The notes beneath the pieces are model-generated. The model did not search any database and had not been told where the DNA came from. It was given only the letters and a program-made list of their open reading frames with translations. The translations under genes were made by a program, and so were the position numbers. 64,000 nucleotides of DNA from Faecousia sp. Its GTDB lineage: Bacteria; Bacillota; Clostridia; Oscillospirales; Oscillospiraceae. Location: contig JAZSER010000043.1 in the NCBI GenBank assembly GCA_045531815.1, positions 2,297 through 66,296 on the forward strand. Direction: 5' to 3'. Of this stretch, positions 26,273 through 36,685 are shown piece after piece (positions within the stretch are counted from its first letter, which is position 1; each line of letters opens with the position of its first letter).

Positions 26273-28300
26273 TTACTCACTGGTAAAGGAAACAAGAATC
26301 GCTTTATCCTGCGGGTAATATGAGCAAAGATCACTGCTAAATCCGGCATGCTGGTAGGCCTGTTCAAAGGTCATCGATTCCATATTGCTCAGATACACAA
26401 AAGTAGCATGCTTGATCGTGTTGGGCAGTTGACCGGTTAGAACATGTCGATACTGATAATTTAGGCCCTCAGCCTGCCATGTCCCATCCTGATTCCTATA
26501 ATAGGTTCGCAAGTTTCCATGGAACATCTCCACATTGTCCTGTGTATCCGCGTTTTCATTCCAGGTTGCTCCAAATGCGTAGATGCTTTCTTTTTCATCC
26601 GCTGTGAATCTCGCCAGCACAATGTACAGCCGCCCCGGTTCGGCTTGACTAAACAAATAAGTTTGAGGCGAAAGTCCCGACGGCAGGAAATAATCCAAAG
26701 GCTCCATTGTCTCCGCATCATAGATCTGATATTGCGCCAGGACCGGCTCAGAGTCTTTCATAAGCTCAAAAGGAACCAAAGCATCTTCTCCCGGTGCGAT
26801 GTTCAGCCAATTGACCTCCTTTACTAACGATTCCATTGCTGTACCCACCGGGGCTTTTAGAAGCGGCACAGCATTTGCACCGGAGACTGCCACAAGAGAA
26901 TCTCCAAAGTTTTTCGCGACACCATACAGGCGGATATACATTCTCCCACCCAAATAGCGCACATTGTAAAGAGCAGGATCTTTATGCCCCAGAGGCTGAT
27001 CAGAGCCAATATAGATCACCATACTATAGTCAGATGGATAGACTACCTTATATTTTAAGTTCGCTCCAAAGGATTCTGTAGGCTTCTGCAAAGCATATAC
27101 CTGTCCCGGTACATGTTCTTTTCGAAAGCCTGCACTGGGTTTTGTCTTGCTGAATTTGATCATAAGCCGATATGGGCCCAATTCTCCATTGTAAGCGATT
27201 ATGCCGTTTTCTGTGAGTTCTCCCTCCTCAGCATTCAGGCTGGTGATCCAATCCCCTTGGAAATGCTTTTCCCCATCCAGCAGGAACAAGTAATCCAATA
27301 TGATCGCCGGAGTTCCTTCGTCATCTGTGCCGGTTTCGATGGACCGAATGCCGACTCCGTGTTCCGGTGTGGGATCTGTCAAAAAGCAAACCGCAACTGC
27401 AACGCATATCAAAAGCGCGACCAAAACAAGCCAAAACGATGGTTTCTTATAGTTCATCACCGATCTGACACGCGCTTTGACTCCTACCTCTCCAAACGCA
27501 ACAGGACAAGCAGCGATACTTCGGTGGCTGATACTGCACGAAACAAGTGCCTGGGAGTAATCTGCTTTTGAATAATCGTCCAAAGACCCGATAACCTTTT
27601 CGTCGCATGCCAGTTCAATATCTCTGCACAGGAAAATATAACCGATCCACAAAATTGGATTGAACCAGTACACTGCCAGCAAAAGAAATCCCAGCGGCTT
27701 CCACCAATGATCTTTGCGGTTGATATGTGCGTGCTCATGCGCGATAACATACCCTCGGTCCATTTCATTCATACGAAAGGGCAAATAGATCCTCGGCTTT
27801 ATAACGCCCAGCACAAACGGGGATGCCACCATTTCGCTCTGGTAAATGTTGTCTTCCAGCAAAACTGCTGTTCTGACACTTCTATGAAGCAGGATGTAGC
27901 TGATAAATGAATAGGAGACCATAGCAAGGAATCCCAACACCCACAGATTTCCGCAAACAGGAATCCATATCTGCAATGGGTTGGCACTTGCGTAGGGCTT
28001 TGGTGCAAAGGTCTCCGTAATCACCGGGTTCACCACTGCGTCCAGTGAGCTGATACCGGTAAAGACCTCCGGTGTCCAATCCATCATAATGGCCGGACTA
28101 ATGGTCTCCTTACTGGGAATAATGCTAAAGATGCTCTCCATGGATATCGGAAGAAGCAGCCGCACAGCTACAAATCCCCAAAGCAAGACGCAGATCCACT
28201 TTGGCGCTTTCTTTAAAGCCAGCCTCAGCACAAGAACTGCAAGAACGAGCCAGCTTGCGGAAATACTTAAATTTACAGCCTTCAAGAAAACTGCACTCAT
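26273..28300 (-). CDS. BlaR1/MecR1-type M56 metallopeptidase with unrecognised extracellular domains
   Basis: SPFVLG..KPRIYLP, HEHAH, WFNP, ELACDE. Confidence 0.92.
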   Translation of the reverse strand: MSAVFLKAVNLSISASWLVLAVLVLRLALKKAPKWICVLLWGFVAVRLLLPISMESIFSIIPSKETISPAIMMDWTPEVFTGISSLDAVVNPVITETFAPKPYASANPLQIWIPVCGNLWVLGFLAMVSYSFISYILLHRSVRTAVLLEDNIYQSEMVASPFVLGVIKPRIYLPFRMNEMDRGYVIAHEHAHINRKDHWWKPLGFLLLAVYWFNPILWIGYIFLCRDIELACDEKVIGSLDDYSKADYSQALVSCSISHRSIAACPVAFGEVGVKARVRSVMNYKKPSFWLVLVALLICVAVAVCFLTDPTPEHGVGIRSIETGTDDEGTPAIILDYLFLLDGEKHFQGDWITSLNAEEGELTENGIIAYNGELGPYRLMIKFSKTKPSAGFRKEHVPGQVYALQKPTESFGANLKYKVVYPSDYSMVIYIGSDQPLGHKDPALYNVRYLGGRMYIRLYGVAKNFGDSLVAVSGANAVPLLKAPVGTAMESLVKEVNWLNIAPGEDALVPFELMKDSEPVLAQYQIYDAETMEPLDYFLPSGLSPQTYLFSQAEPGRLYIVLARFTADEKESIYAFGATWNENADTQDNVEMFHGNLRTYYRNQDGTWQAEGLNYQYRHVLTGQLPNTIKHATFVYLSNMESMTFEQAYQHAGFSSDLCSYYPQDKAILVSFTSE

Positions 28301-28668
28301 TATCTCACTCCTTTTCGGATCTGGTCGATCATACGCTGCACCTCATCCAATTCCGCATCTGAGATATCGCGACGCTTGGTAAACGCTGCAATGAACGCAG
28401 GCAAAGAACCCTGAAACTTTTCATGCACCAAATGATCGATCTCCCTCATCTGTGCCTCATCCTTAGACACAAGTGACACGATCTGTCCATCCAAGTTTTT
28501 CAGAACGCCCCGTTCACCCAGGCGTTTTATCACCGTGTAGGTAGTGGTACGCTTCCAGCCCAATTGTTCCTGGCAAAGATTTACCAGCTCTACTGTCGTT
28601 ACCGGTTCGTGCTCCCACATGATCAAGCAAAACCGATACTCACTTTCAAAGATCTTTGGTGTTTCCAC
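28300..28668 (-). CDS. BlaI/MecI/CopY-family repressor
   Basis: ESEYRFCLIMWE, WKRTTTYTVIKRLGERG, FQGSL. Confidence 0.93.
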   Translation of the reverse strand: METPKIFESEYRFCLIMWEHEPVTTVELVNLCQEQLGWKRTTTYTVIKRLGERGVLKNLDGQIVSLVSKDEAQMREIDHLVHEKFQGSLPAFIAAFTKRRDISDAELDEVQRMIDQIRKGVR

Positions 28669-28682
28669 AAAATCGCCCCCTT

Positions 28683-28738
28683 GTCTAATGCATTAGACTT
28701 TGCATCTTTAGTCTAACCCATTAGACTATTCCTGTCAA
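28683..28738 (-). promoter_or_regulatory. BlaI-family promoter with two palindromic operators
   Basis: GTCTAATGCATTAGAC (28683-28698) and GTCTAACCCATTAGAC (28711-28726); TTGACA-17-TAGACT overlaps the second. Confidence 0.8.
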
Positions 28739-28824
28739 TACCTTCACGGAAATTTTTCAAAACTTAATAACAAAAGCCCCACCTGTTCTTCCGGAGCACA
28801 GGCATTCCGCATGGCATATCACGC

Positions 28825-28874
28825 AAAAAAGAACGATCTCAAGGGCAATAATCCCAAGAAGATCGTTCTTTTTT
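28825..28874. terminator. Terminator after the lipoprotein operon
   Basis: AAAAAAGAACGATCT...AGATCGTTCTTTTTT. Confidence 0.7.
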
Positions 28875-28903
28875 GAATTTAAATATCGGGAGCATACATG
28901 GCA

Positions 28904-30706
28904 TCAACCTGTGTAAGCAATGGACTTTTCTAAGTACTGCTCCCAGGGGTAAACATCCTTCTTCTTTTCCCAGCGCCATGCATCCCGGATGCCACGGCAC
29001 AGCTTCTCAAGCTTACTCTGCATCATCTCAGACGCAAACATTTCCTGATTGTCCGGCTGCATCGCCTGCCAGAAGATTCGGCTGCGGTCTGTGATCACAG
29101 AATCCATGGACTCCTGATCCGCAAAGGCGCGCGTCTCCCCTTCCAAATATGCAGGATCATAGGTATCTTCTGCACCATAAGCAAAGCCCTCGGGATTTGC
29201 GTCAGCCCAGTAATCATAAACAGGGCTGTTTCCAAGGATGTGGCTGTCGACAATATAGCCAAGTTCTTTCAGAAAGGCCTCCCGGATATCCATGCCGGAG
29301 GAAAGAATAATAAACGCATCTCCATCTTCCCAAAACTGGGCAGAAGCCGCAGAACCATCGACACTGCGGACGATGCAAATGCGTATTTGGCTGTTAACGA
29401 TCCGGTAAAAGAAATTTTCCGGGAACTGAGTCAGAATATTCTCCAACGTATTCAGACATGCTTGAATCGTGTCCACCTGATACTCTTTTTCCAATGTGTA
29501 TCCATGGGGGTACTTGACAGCATCCTGCCAGATACGGATGCGCAGACTATGCGTTTTGTTAAGTGCATCGACTCTTTTTTGACAAGTCTGAATGCCTGCA
29601 GTATCCGGAGCAGCTGCTGTATAAAGTGTTGCAAGACAGGAGGCAACTTCCTCAACTGTTGATTTTTCCATGCGCCACTGCAAAAGCTCACCATTATCGC
29701 ACACGATCCACAGGCACTTTCGACCCGCATCCGGCAAGTATTCGTTGACATGTTCCGTACCCTTAAGTGTCACACGGGATACGCACAAGCCGGTTTGCAG
29801 ATCGTAAAATTCCAGTGTAAGGTTACCATCCTCGTCGATACCTTCGTTAAGAACGCCACCCAACTCCAAAGCAGGAGTCTGTTTGTCTCCCTCCAACCGG
29901 ATCTGCTGCGCGGATCCATTGAGCTTTCCATATATCAATTGGTCCTGCAGGCCATCCAAACGCCTGAGCAAATATTCATCACCCCGGGTAACCAATTCAG
30001 ACACAGATTGATCCGTGCTTGTTGTGCGGCCATCCTCAGTGGACAGGTAGGTAACTGTGCTGTTTCCCAGCTCGTCCTGTACCTGGCAAACCAGGAGCTT
30101 TCCGTCGAAGCTGCATTGCAGCAGCTGTTGCCGGGCACATATCTGCTGCCGGACCAGCCGGGAAAGCCCTTGCTCCAAGTCAAGCGCATACACATCCTGT
30201 CCAATGCAATAATACACAATATTCCCATCCGGCGACAGTACAGGAGAAGATGCATCCTCCGGCAGTGCATGACTCTGCATCTGCTGAAGCTGCGGGTCAA
30301 GGACGACCACTGCATTCGCATCTGTGTCATAATAGGTCACACCGCGGTAGGTCGTGCAAACAGCATCTTTCTCAGGGTCAAACCCTTTCGGCAGCTGCGC
30401 AATTTCTCCGGGAATGCAATCCTCACCACGGAAAAGCTGCAGCTGCCAACCCTTATTCTTGCTCAAGACTACAAGCCTGTCATCCAGGGCATACAATCTT
30501 TCCGGCTGTTCCTCATCAAAGTGAAACACTTTGATTGCGCCAAGGGTATCCCGCTCCAGATCGGTTTCAGGAACATAAAGGCCCTTTGGTGTTGTTTCCT
30601 CTGTTGGCTCATGAACCGTCTGCGCGGTAGATGCCTGTGCTGAATCTGAATTGCACCCAGCCAGCATTAAAGCCATCAGGATCAACGCCAGAATTGTTCT
30701 TTTCAT
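28904..30706 (-). CDS. Lipoprotein, probable beta-propeller plus degenerate zincin-like domain
   Basis: Lipobox LAGC; 'SSPVLSPDGNIVYY' blade-like motif; KELGY where HExxH might be expected. Confidence 0.65.
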   Translation of the reverse strand: MKRTILALILMALMLAGCNSDSAQASTAQTVHEPTEETTPKGLYVPETDLERDTLGAIKVFHFDEEQPERLYALDDRLVVLSKNKGWQLQLFRGEDCIPGEIAQLPKGFDPEKDAVCTTYRGVTYYDTDANAVVVLDPQLQQMQSHALPEDASSPVLSPDGNIVYYCIGQDVYALDLEQGLSRLVRQQICARQQLLQCSFDGKLLVCQVQDELGNSTVTYLSTEDGRTTSTDQSVSELVTRGDEYLLRRLDGLQDQLIYGKLNGSAQQIRLEGDKQTPALELGGVLNEGIDEDGNLTLEFYDLQTGLCVSRVTLKGTEHVNEYLPDAGRKCLWIVCDNGELLQWRMEKSTVEEVASCLATLYTAAAPDTAGIQTCQKRVDALNKTHSLRIRIWQDAVKYPHGYTLEKEYQVDTIQACLNTLENILTQFPENFFYRIVNSQIRICIVRSVDGSAASAQFWEDGDAFIILSSGMDIREAFLKELGYIVDSHILGNSPVYDYWADANPEGFAYGAEDTYDPAYLEGETRAFADQESMDSVITDRSRIFWQAMQPDNQEMFASEMMQSKLEKLCRGIRDAWRWEKKKDVYPWEQYLEKSIAYTG

Positions 30707-30708
30707 GG

Positions 30709-30885
30709 TTACTGTCTCCTTGCCAAAGTGTAATCATCACCCTGCCGGTAATAGGGACAATGGTCTTTTCCTGAGGTGCGGATTCGGTAGACTTCGTCTT
30801 CGTCAAGATCCATCATACAGTAGTACTCATCATATTCCTCATCATAATCATAATGCCAGCAGGTATCACATTCACTTGTATACAT
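30709..30885 (-). CDS. Small Cys/acidic protein, 58 aa (DUF6472-like)
   Basis: MYTSECDTCWHYDYDEEYDEYYCMMDLDEDE...CPYYRQGDDYTLARRQ; GGAGGTG RBS; absent from ORF track. Confidence 0.82.
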   Translation of the reverse strand: MYTSECDTCWHYDYDEEYDEYYCMMDLDEDEVYRIRTSGKDHCPYYRQGDDYTLARRQ

Positions 30886-30898
30886 GGTGCACCTCCGA

Positions 30899-31510
30899 TT
30901 ACAATCCTGTCAGATAGGCAGCGATCTCAAAGGTTTTAAGCTTCTCATCCTTGCGTAAGTATAGTGGGTGATGCGGATGGCCTTTTTTGCTCAAAGTACC
31001 GGCACAATACCAGCACGCATGGTATTGCTCCCCCAAAGCAAGCATATCCCGCAAGCACTGGGGCAAATACGCACGCTTTTCAATAATGGTCCCCCAAGCA
31101 GCCCAAATTGAAGGTCTTTTGGAAATCGACAACACATATTCAAAGGCATTCATGTTCTCCCGGTGCAGCGCAAGGTTGCAGGTCCGCTCCATGGTATCCG
31201 GATCGGTTGCCCGTTGCGCATAAACATTAAACATGATGAAGCTGTCATACCCATTTCCCAGGGCGATCCGTTCAACAGATTTCAGCGTATTGTCTAAGTC
31301 CCCGGGCTGCGCTGTGGATGGGTTGATGCCAATGCAAATCAACGGATTTGTTCCACGCGTACCCAGAATGTAACGATACTCCGAGTAAAAATTGGGTGCA
31401 TACAGCCATTTCTTGATATCATAATCCGAGTTGGGTGTATTGGCTGCCTCCAAGGCCTGCTGAAAGCTTACCAGTTCCAGCTGGGCGGTTGTACCATTCG
31501 GTATATGCAT
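30899..31510 (-). CDS. DUF1643 family protein
   Basis: YRYIL, IGINPSTA, NVYAQRATDP, AAWG, GHPHHPLY. Confidence 0.85.
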   Translation of the reverse strand: MHIPNGTTAQLELVSFQQALEAANTPNSDYDIKKWLYAPNFYSEYRYILGTRGTNPLICIGINPSTAQPGDLDNTLKSVERIALGNGYDSFIMFNVYAQRATDPDTMERTCNLALHRENMNAFEYVLSISKRPSIWAAWGTIIEKRAYLPQCLRDMLALGEQYHACWYCAGTLSKKGHPHHPLYLRKDEKLKTFEIAAYLTGL

Positions 31511-32082
31511 TACTTCACCTCCAACGGCGGAAACCAACAGCTGTTTGCCGGATCGTAAAACGAACACATTTCTTCTGTTCGTCCTGTTTGGCGAAGCCAG
31601 CATGCAAATGCATGATCCAGAAACGGATACACACCACGCATACTTTGCTGAAGCAGCACACTGCGTCCATCGCTCATGTGCAGTTCAATAATCGTATAGC
31701 CATGGTTGTTATACAACTGCTGCGCACAAATATCCTTGAAATAATATGTTCCTGAACCCTTTCCAAAGGATGTCAGAACAAACCGCTCGTCACTGTAAAA
31801 AATCCCAAATGTCAGGTAGCGTACCACAAGGGCAGCTCCTATCAGTATCAAAAGAGCGCCACCGGCACAAAGAAACCAGCCTTGATCCAAACCGGTAATG
31901 ATTGCAGCTATGCCTACAACACCGGAAATCAAACCAAATGCCGCGCTTTTTCCATCCATGCGAACAGACTTCCCGGACTCATGCTCTTTCTGATTTCGAA
32001 ACAGTTTTTTGAATGCAAGATCGCACAAATAGCAGATGCCAAATGTCACCGCAGCCACGATCAGGATAATCAGCCAATCCAT
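31510..32082 (-). CDS. Membrane protein, three TM plus soluble domain
   Basis: Hydrophobic segments; tightly packed in operon. Confidence 0.75.
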   Translation of the reverse strand: MDWLIILIVAAVTFGICYLCDLAFKKLFRNQKEHESGKSVRMDGKSAAFGLISGVVGIAAIITGLDQGWFLCAGGALLILIGAALVVRYLTFGIFYSDERFVLTSFGKGSGTYYFKDICAQQLYNNHGYTIIELHMSDGRSVLLQQSMRGVYPFLDHAFACWLRQTGRTEEMCSFYDPANSCWFPPLEVK

Positions 32083-32091
32083 ATCTGCTCC

Positions 32092-32625
32092 TCAAGCCCA
32101 CAGAACCAAGTCGACCGGAACATCAAATTCTTCCGTTTCCAAGCGATCAAGCACCTGAAAATCATAGCAAAGTGCCACTGTGGGATGGTCCGGTTCCTTT
32201 GCAAGAAATCGGTCATAAAAACCACCGCCATAGCCGATGCGGTGTCCCTGGGGGTCAAACGCAAGACCAGGCATCAGCACCAGAGCAGTAGGATCCTCTG
32301 CAATGGGGCCATTCGCTATGGGCTCCGGAATTCCGGCATAGCCCTTCTCTACCGCCTGCAGATCTTCCAGATAGATAAAAGACATGGTATCTTCAAATAC
32401 CTTCGGAACTGCAACGCGTTTTCCATCCAGGAGCGCTTGCTCCAATATTGGAACTGTGCGAACCTCTTGGTTGTAGGGTAAATAACCGTAGATCGTATTT
32501 GCCTTTTTATAGTGCTCCGTCTCAAAGAACAAGGCAGCCAAACGCGCACTTGCGTTCAGGATCTGCTCTTCGGACATTGCTCTTTTCAGTGTGCGGATTC
32601 GCTGCCTCAGTTCAGTTTTCTTCAT
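32092..32625 (-). CDS. 5-formyltetrahydrofolate cyclo-ligase
   Basis: GIPEP, MPGLAFD..GHRIGYGGGFYDR. Confidence 0.95.
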   Translation of the reverse strand: MKKTELRQRIRTLKRAMSEEQILNASARLAALFFETEHYKKANTIYGYLPYNQEVRTVPILEQALLDGKRVAVPKVFEDTMSFIYLEDLQAVEKGYAGIPEPIANGPIAEDPTALVLMPGLAFDPQGHRIGYGGGFYDRFLAKEPDHPTVALCYDFQVLDRLETEEFDVPVDLVLWA

Positions 32626-33293
32626 TCGTTTGCCTCCGTTATTTCTGATTTCTCAGGCTTCGGTTCCTGCTTCCGATACAGGCGGAACCAAAGAAAAATT
32701 GCAAGCTGGCCGGGTATGCCCAGCAGGAACAGCTTCCAAATATGAATGCCGAAAAACAGAAATAGTGTCATATACAGGCTGAGAAGGCTTCCCCAAACAA
32801 TGGCGGATATCAACGCCTGATTCCATCGAAAATCATGCCATGCAGAACGCAGGCTGAGCAGAACGATCGCATCGGCAGGAATCGCATAAATAAATGCGAT
32901 CCAGCTTTTATGCAATTCAAAGGATGAAAGAACCACAAAAATGAACAGTGCTACAAACCAAACCAAAATTGAGGACAACCCAAGTATGATCCGCTTATCC
33001 GCTTTGCGCTTAAGTGCTTTTTGTACAGCCTTGTCCATGACTCTTTCCACGGCACTGGTATTGGCGGGAAGCGCATCCGGGTCCACCAACAAATCGTTTA
33101 CAGAAACTTCAAACAGCTCCGCCAGCTGCACTAACGTCAATACATCCGGTGCAGATTCACCCCGTTCCCATTTAGAAACAGCCTTATCCGAATAATTCAA
33201 CTGCTCAGCCAGGCGCGCTTGTGTCATACCCAGCCTTTTTCGGTACGCAGCAATATTTGCACCGATCTGCAGTTTCAATTTCAAATCATCCAT
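32622..33293 (-). CDS. XRE-family HTH protein with four-TM C-terminus
   Basis: MTQARLAEQLNYSDKAVSKWERG. Confidence 0.88.
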   Translation of the reverse strand: MDDLKLKLQIGANIAAYRKRLGMTQARLAEQLNYSDKAVSKWERGESAPDVLTLVQLAELFEVSVNDLLVDPDALPANTSAVERVMDKAVQKALKRKADKRIILGLSSILVWFVALFIFVVLSSFELHKSWIAFIYAIPADAIVLLSLRSAWHDFRWNQALISAIVWGSLLSLYMTLFLFFGIHIWKLFLLGIPGQLAIFLWFRLYRKQEPKPEKSEITEANE

Positions 33294-33386
33294 ATTTCCC
33301 CTCCAGGATACTAGTCCATTTTATTCTAACAGATTTTTATGTTTTATGCAAGAAAAAACCGTCTCCGGAAAGAGACGGTTTCAATG

Positions 33387-33800
33387 TCAGTCGTCAGGAA
33401 AAAGCTGTTGATTACAATACTTAATGATCGCGCTTCTTGTAACAATTCCAATAAATGCATGCTTATCATCAACAACGGGAACAAAGTTCTGTGTGCTTGC
33501 GCGATGTACCAGATCATGCATGTCTGTTGAGACGCTGACGGGTATGTTGTCTTTTTTTCGGGTGATCTCCATGATCTTTCTGGCTTCTGCCTGTCGCATA
33601 TCCATATAGCACATATTTTTCAGTGCCCACAGCAAATCTCCTTCGGTTAATGTTCCGCGGTACTCTCCATGCTTAGAAAGAATCGGAAGGGCCGAATAAC
33701 CGGCTGATTCCATCTTTTCCAAGGCCTGACGAACGGTATAATCATCATACAGGAAGGCACACATTGCCTTCGGTGTCAGAAAAAACAAAATATTATTCAT
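33387..33800 (-). CDS. CBS-domain protein
   Basis: MNNILFFLTPK, GTLTEGDLLW, NFVPVVDD..FIGIVTR. Confidence 0.9.
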   Translation of the reverse strand: MNNILFFLTPKAMCAFLYDDYTVRQALEKMESAGYSALPILSKHGEYRGTLTEGDLLWALKNMCYMDMRQAEARKIMEITRKKDNIPVSVSTDMHDLVHRASTQNFVPVVDDKHAFIGIVTRSAIIKYCNQQLFPDD

Positions 33801-34086
33801 AGTGGCTCCTTTACTGCGCTACATTGGCAGCAGGTCATCATTCCCCTGGCGCATTCCTGCTACCACTAATATTATAGCATAAAAAGTGAAAAGAAGGATG
33901 AAAATTTATTGTTAACACGCTGTTTCATTAACAAATTTACTGTCTGCAATTTGTGCAATTTGCACAACTCTACTAGCAGTGGAATGGGGTTCTCTCCCTT
34001 TTAGACTCGTAGAACAACACAGTAGGGTGACTTTTTCTCCAACTCAAGTATACTGGTGACATACTCACTTTGAAAGGCGGCGCATT

Positions 34087-34761
34087 ATGAAAAAACGCAT
34101 TAAGCTGGCTGACCGGAAATTACCAAACTATACCCGTGGGGAGGAGATCATGAACATGGTCACCCACATTGTTGGCGGCGGTGCTGCCGTGTTGGTACTG
34201 ACCGCTTGCCTGTTAAAATCGATCTTACACGGTACTGCCATTGTCATTATTAGCTCTGCAATTTATGGCATCACCATGATCGCACTTTATACCATGTCCA
34301 GTATTTATCACGGTCTGCACCCCGGAACCGGCAAAAAGGTGATGCAGGTCATCGATCATTGCACCATCTACTTTTTGATCGCAGGAACATATACGCCAAT
34401 CCTGCTCAGTGGTTTTGTGCCCGTCTATCCTAGCATTGGTTGGGGGCTGTTCGCTGCGGAATGGATCCTGTGTTTCACGGCAGGAACGCTGACCGCCATC
34501 GACCTTAAAAAATACAATGTCTTCTCCATGATCTGTTATATCGGGATGGGCTGGGGAATCATATTCTTTTTAAAGCCCGCGATCGAAGTATTAGGCCCCA
34601 TTGGGTTTGGCTTCACCCTGGCGGGCGGGATCGCTTATACCTTGGGCGCAATTTTATACGGGTTGGGTGTCAAGCTTCGCTGGATGCACTCTGTTTTTCA
34701 CATATTCGTTGTACTGGGAAGCCTTCTGCAGTCTGTTGCAATCATTTTCTATGTCCTATAA
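34087..34761 (+). CDS. Hemolysin III / PAQR family membrane protein
   Basis: EEIMNMVTH, SSIYH, DHCTIYFLIAGTYTP, HSVFHIFV. Confidence 0.93.
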   Translation: MKKRIKLADRKLPNYTRGEEIMNMVTHIVGGGAAVLVLTACLLKSILHGTAIVIISSAIYGITMIALYTMSSIYHGLHPGTGKKVMQVIDHCTIYFLIAGTYTPILLSGFVPVYPSIGWGLFAAEWILCFTAGTLTAIDLKKYNVFSMICYIGMGWGIIFFLKPAIEVLGPIGFGFTLAGGIAYTLGAILYGLGVKLRWMHSVFHIFVVLGSLLQSVAIIFYVL

Positions 34762-34806
34762 AGAATCATCCGGTGCGGGGTTAAATGCCCACACCGGATG
34801 ATTTTA

Positions 34807-36672
34807 TTATTCTTCTGTATACGCATCCAGAACAGCGGTATCCGAGGATTCGCTGATCTGCTCCCCTGCCATACACTGAGCAAACTGCTTGCCAGACATA
34901 GTTTCATGCTCCAAAAGGAACGCAACCACCTGTTCCAGCTTTTCCGTTTCCTCAGTGAGGATCTGCTTGCACTGGGCATAAGCACGATCTATGATATCCT
35001 TCACTTCGTCGTCGATGGTCGCAGCCGTCTTCTCTGAGTAACCCTTCGTCTTTTCATAGTTTCTTCCGATAAAGAGTTCTTCGCCACCATCATAGGAAAC
35101 AGTACCAAGCTTTTCGCACATGCCATACTTAGCCGCCATATCCCTCGCAAGCTTAGAGGCACGATCAATGTCATTGGAAGCTCCGGTTGAGATGTCATCC
35201 AGAAACAACGCTTCTGCAACACGACCGCCCAGCAGACCGACGATCTTCTCATACATTTCGTTACGGGTCAAATGGGTGCTGTCTTCCATAGGCTGTGTCC
35301 AGGTAAGACCCAGTGCATTGCCTCTGGGTACGATGGATATCTGATGCACAGGGTCGTGAGTAGGCAAGCGGTACATTGCAACCGCATGTCCCGCCTCGTG
35401 GATAGCCGTTGCACGCAGATCACGCTGCAGCGCAACACGGCTTCGCTTCTCAGGACCGGCAATCACCTTCATGATTGCCTCATTGACATCATGCATATTC
35501 AGCACCGGTCTGTCTTCCCGGGCTGCCAGTATAGCTGCCTCGTTCATCAGATTGCTCAAATCCGCACCGGTAAATCCGGATGTAGCCAGCGCAATGGTGT
35601 GCAGATTTACAGAATCATCCAGCTTCTTATCCTTGGCATGGATCTTCAGAATCTCCTCACGACCCTTAACATCCGGGCGGTTCACATATATCTGACGGTC
35701 AAAGCGGCCGGGACGCAGCAATGCAGGATCCAGGATATCCACTCGGTTTGTAGCAGCCAGGACGATCACACCTTCGGTTCGGCTGAAACCATCCATTTCC
35801 ACCAAAAGCTGATTCAGTGTCTGCTCTCTTTCATCATGACCGCCACCCAGACCGGAACCGCGCTTACGGCCCACAGCATCGATCTCATCGATAAAAATGA
35901 TTGCAGGTGCCATCCGCTTGGCCTGATCAAAAAGGTCACGGACACGACTTGCGCCGACGCCCACATACATTTCCATAAAGTCGGAGCCGGAAATGGAAAG
36001 GAACTGCACATCCGCTTCACCGGCTACCGCCCGGGCAAGCAGCGTCTTGCCGGTGCCAGGAGGGCCAGCCAGCAGGATGCCATGGGGAATCCTTGCACCG
36101 ATTGCTGTGAATTTATCAGGATTTCGCAGAAAATCGACAACCTCCTGCAATTCAGCCTTCTCTTCATCAACTCCGGCAACATCTGCAAACGTAATTTTCT
36201 TTCCGGGCTGCCCATTTACAGTACGGGCCTTTCCGAAATTATTCAAAGGGTTATTGCTGTTTGCCCGTCCGGCAACGATCACCCACAGAAGGATCAACAC
36301 AAAGCCGGCAATAATGATGGGGATCACGATATCAAAGGCCGATTTTTCTTTTGCCGGAAGAAAATCGTAGCTCTCCAGGATACCATTCTTTGTTTGTTCC
36401 TGGATCAGCGGCCACATATCCTGGCGGAATCCATCCGGGTCAGCAAGGACTGCTGCCACAACATCCTTACCATTGTAAGGTGTATGCAAAAGCAGTTGGA
36501 TCTGCCCATCCTCAACAACAAAGCCCTTCACTTGTTCCTCATTGAACAGAGTAACCACCTGAGAATATGTCAGCTCCGCACCGTTACCGCCAAACAAGTG
36601 CATTATCAGGAAAAAGGCCAGCACAAGAACTGCCGCATAAAGCGCCAGCGAGAATATTTTGCGAACTTTCAA
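34807..36672 (-). CDS. ftsH: ATP-dependent zinc metalloprotease FtsH
   Basis: [30 protein letters not shown]. Confidence 0.96.
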   Translation of the reverse strand: MKVRKIFSLALYAAVLVLAFFLIMHLFGGNGAELTYSQVVTLFNEEQVKGFVVEDGQIQLLLHTPYNGKDVVAAVLADPDGFRQDMWPLIQEQTKNGILESYDFLPAKEKSAFDIVIPIIIAGFVLILLWVIVAGRANSNNPLNNFGKARTVNGQPGKKITFADVAGVDEEKAELQEVVDFLRNPDKFTAIGARIPHGILLAGPPGTGKTLLARAVAGEADVQFLSISGSDFMEMYVGVGASRVRDLFDQAKRMAPAIIFIDEIDAVGRKRGSGLGGGHDEREQTLNQLLVEMDGFSRTEGVIVLAATNRVDILDPALLRPGRFDRQIYVNRPDVKGREEILKIHAKDKKLDDSVNLHTIALATSGFTGADLSNLMNEAAILAAREDRPVLNMHDVNEAIMKVIAGPEKRSRVALQRDLRATAIHEAGHAVAMYRLPTHDPVHQISIVPRGNALGLTWTQPMEDSTHLTRNEMYEKIVGLLGGRVAEALFLDDISTGASNDIDRASKLARDMAAKYGMCEKLGTVSYDGGEELFIGRNYEKTKGYSEKTAATIDDEVKDIIDRAYAQCKQILTEETEKLEQVVAFLLEHETMSGKQFAQCMAGEQISESSDTAVLDAYTEE

Positions 36673-36685
36673 ATTGTTTTTCTCC

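Noticed and set aside
26273-28668. BlaR/BlaI as island cargo or beta-lactam resistance
   Set aside because: Lies outside attR, with no beta-lactamase and no recognisable penicillin-binding sensor.
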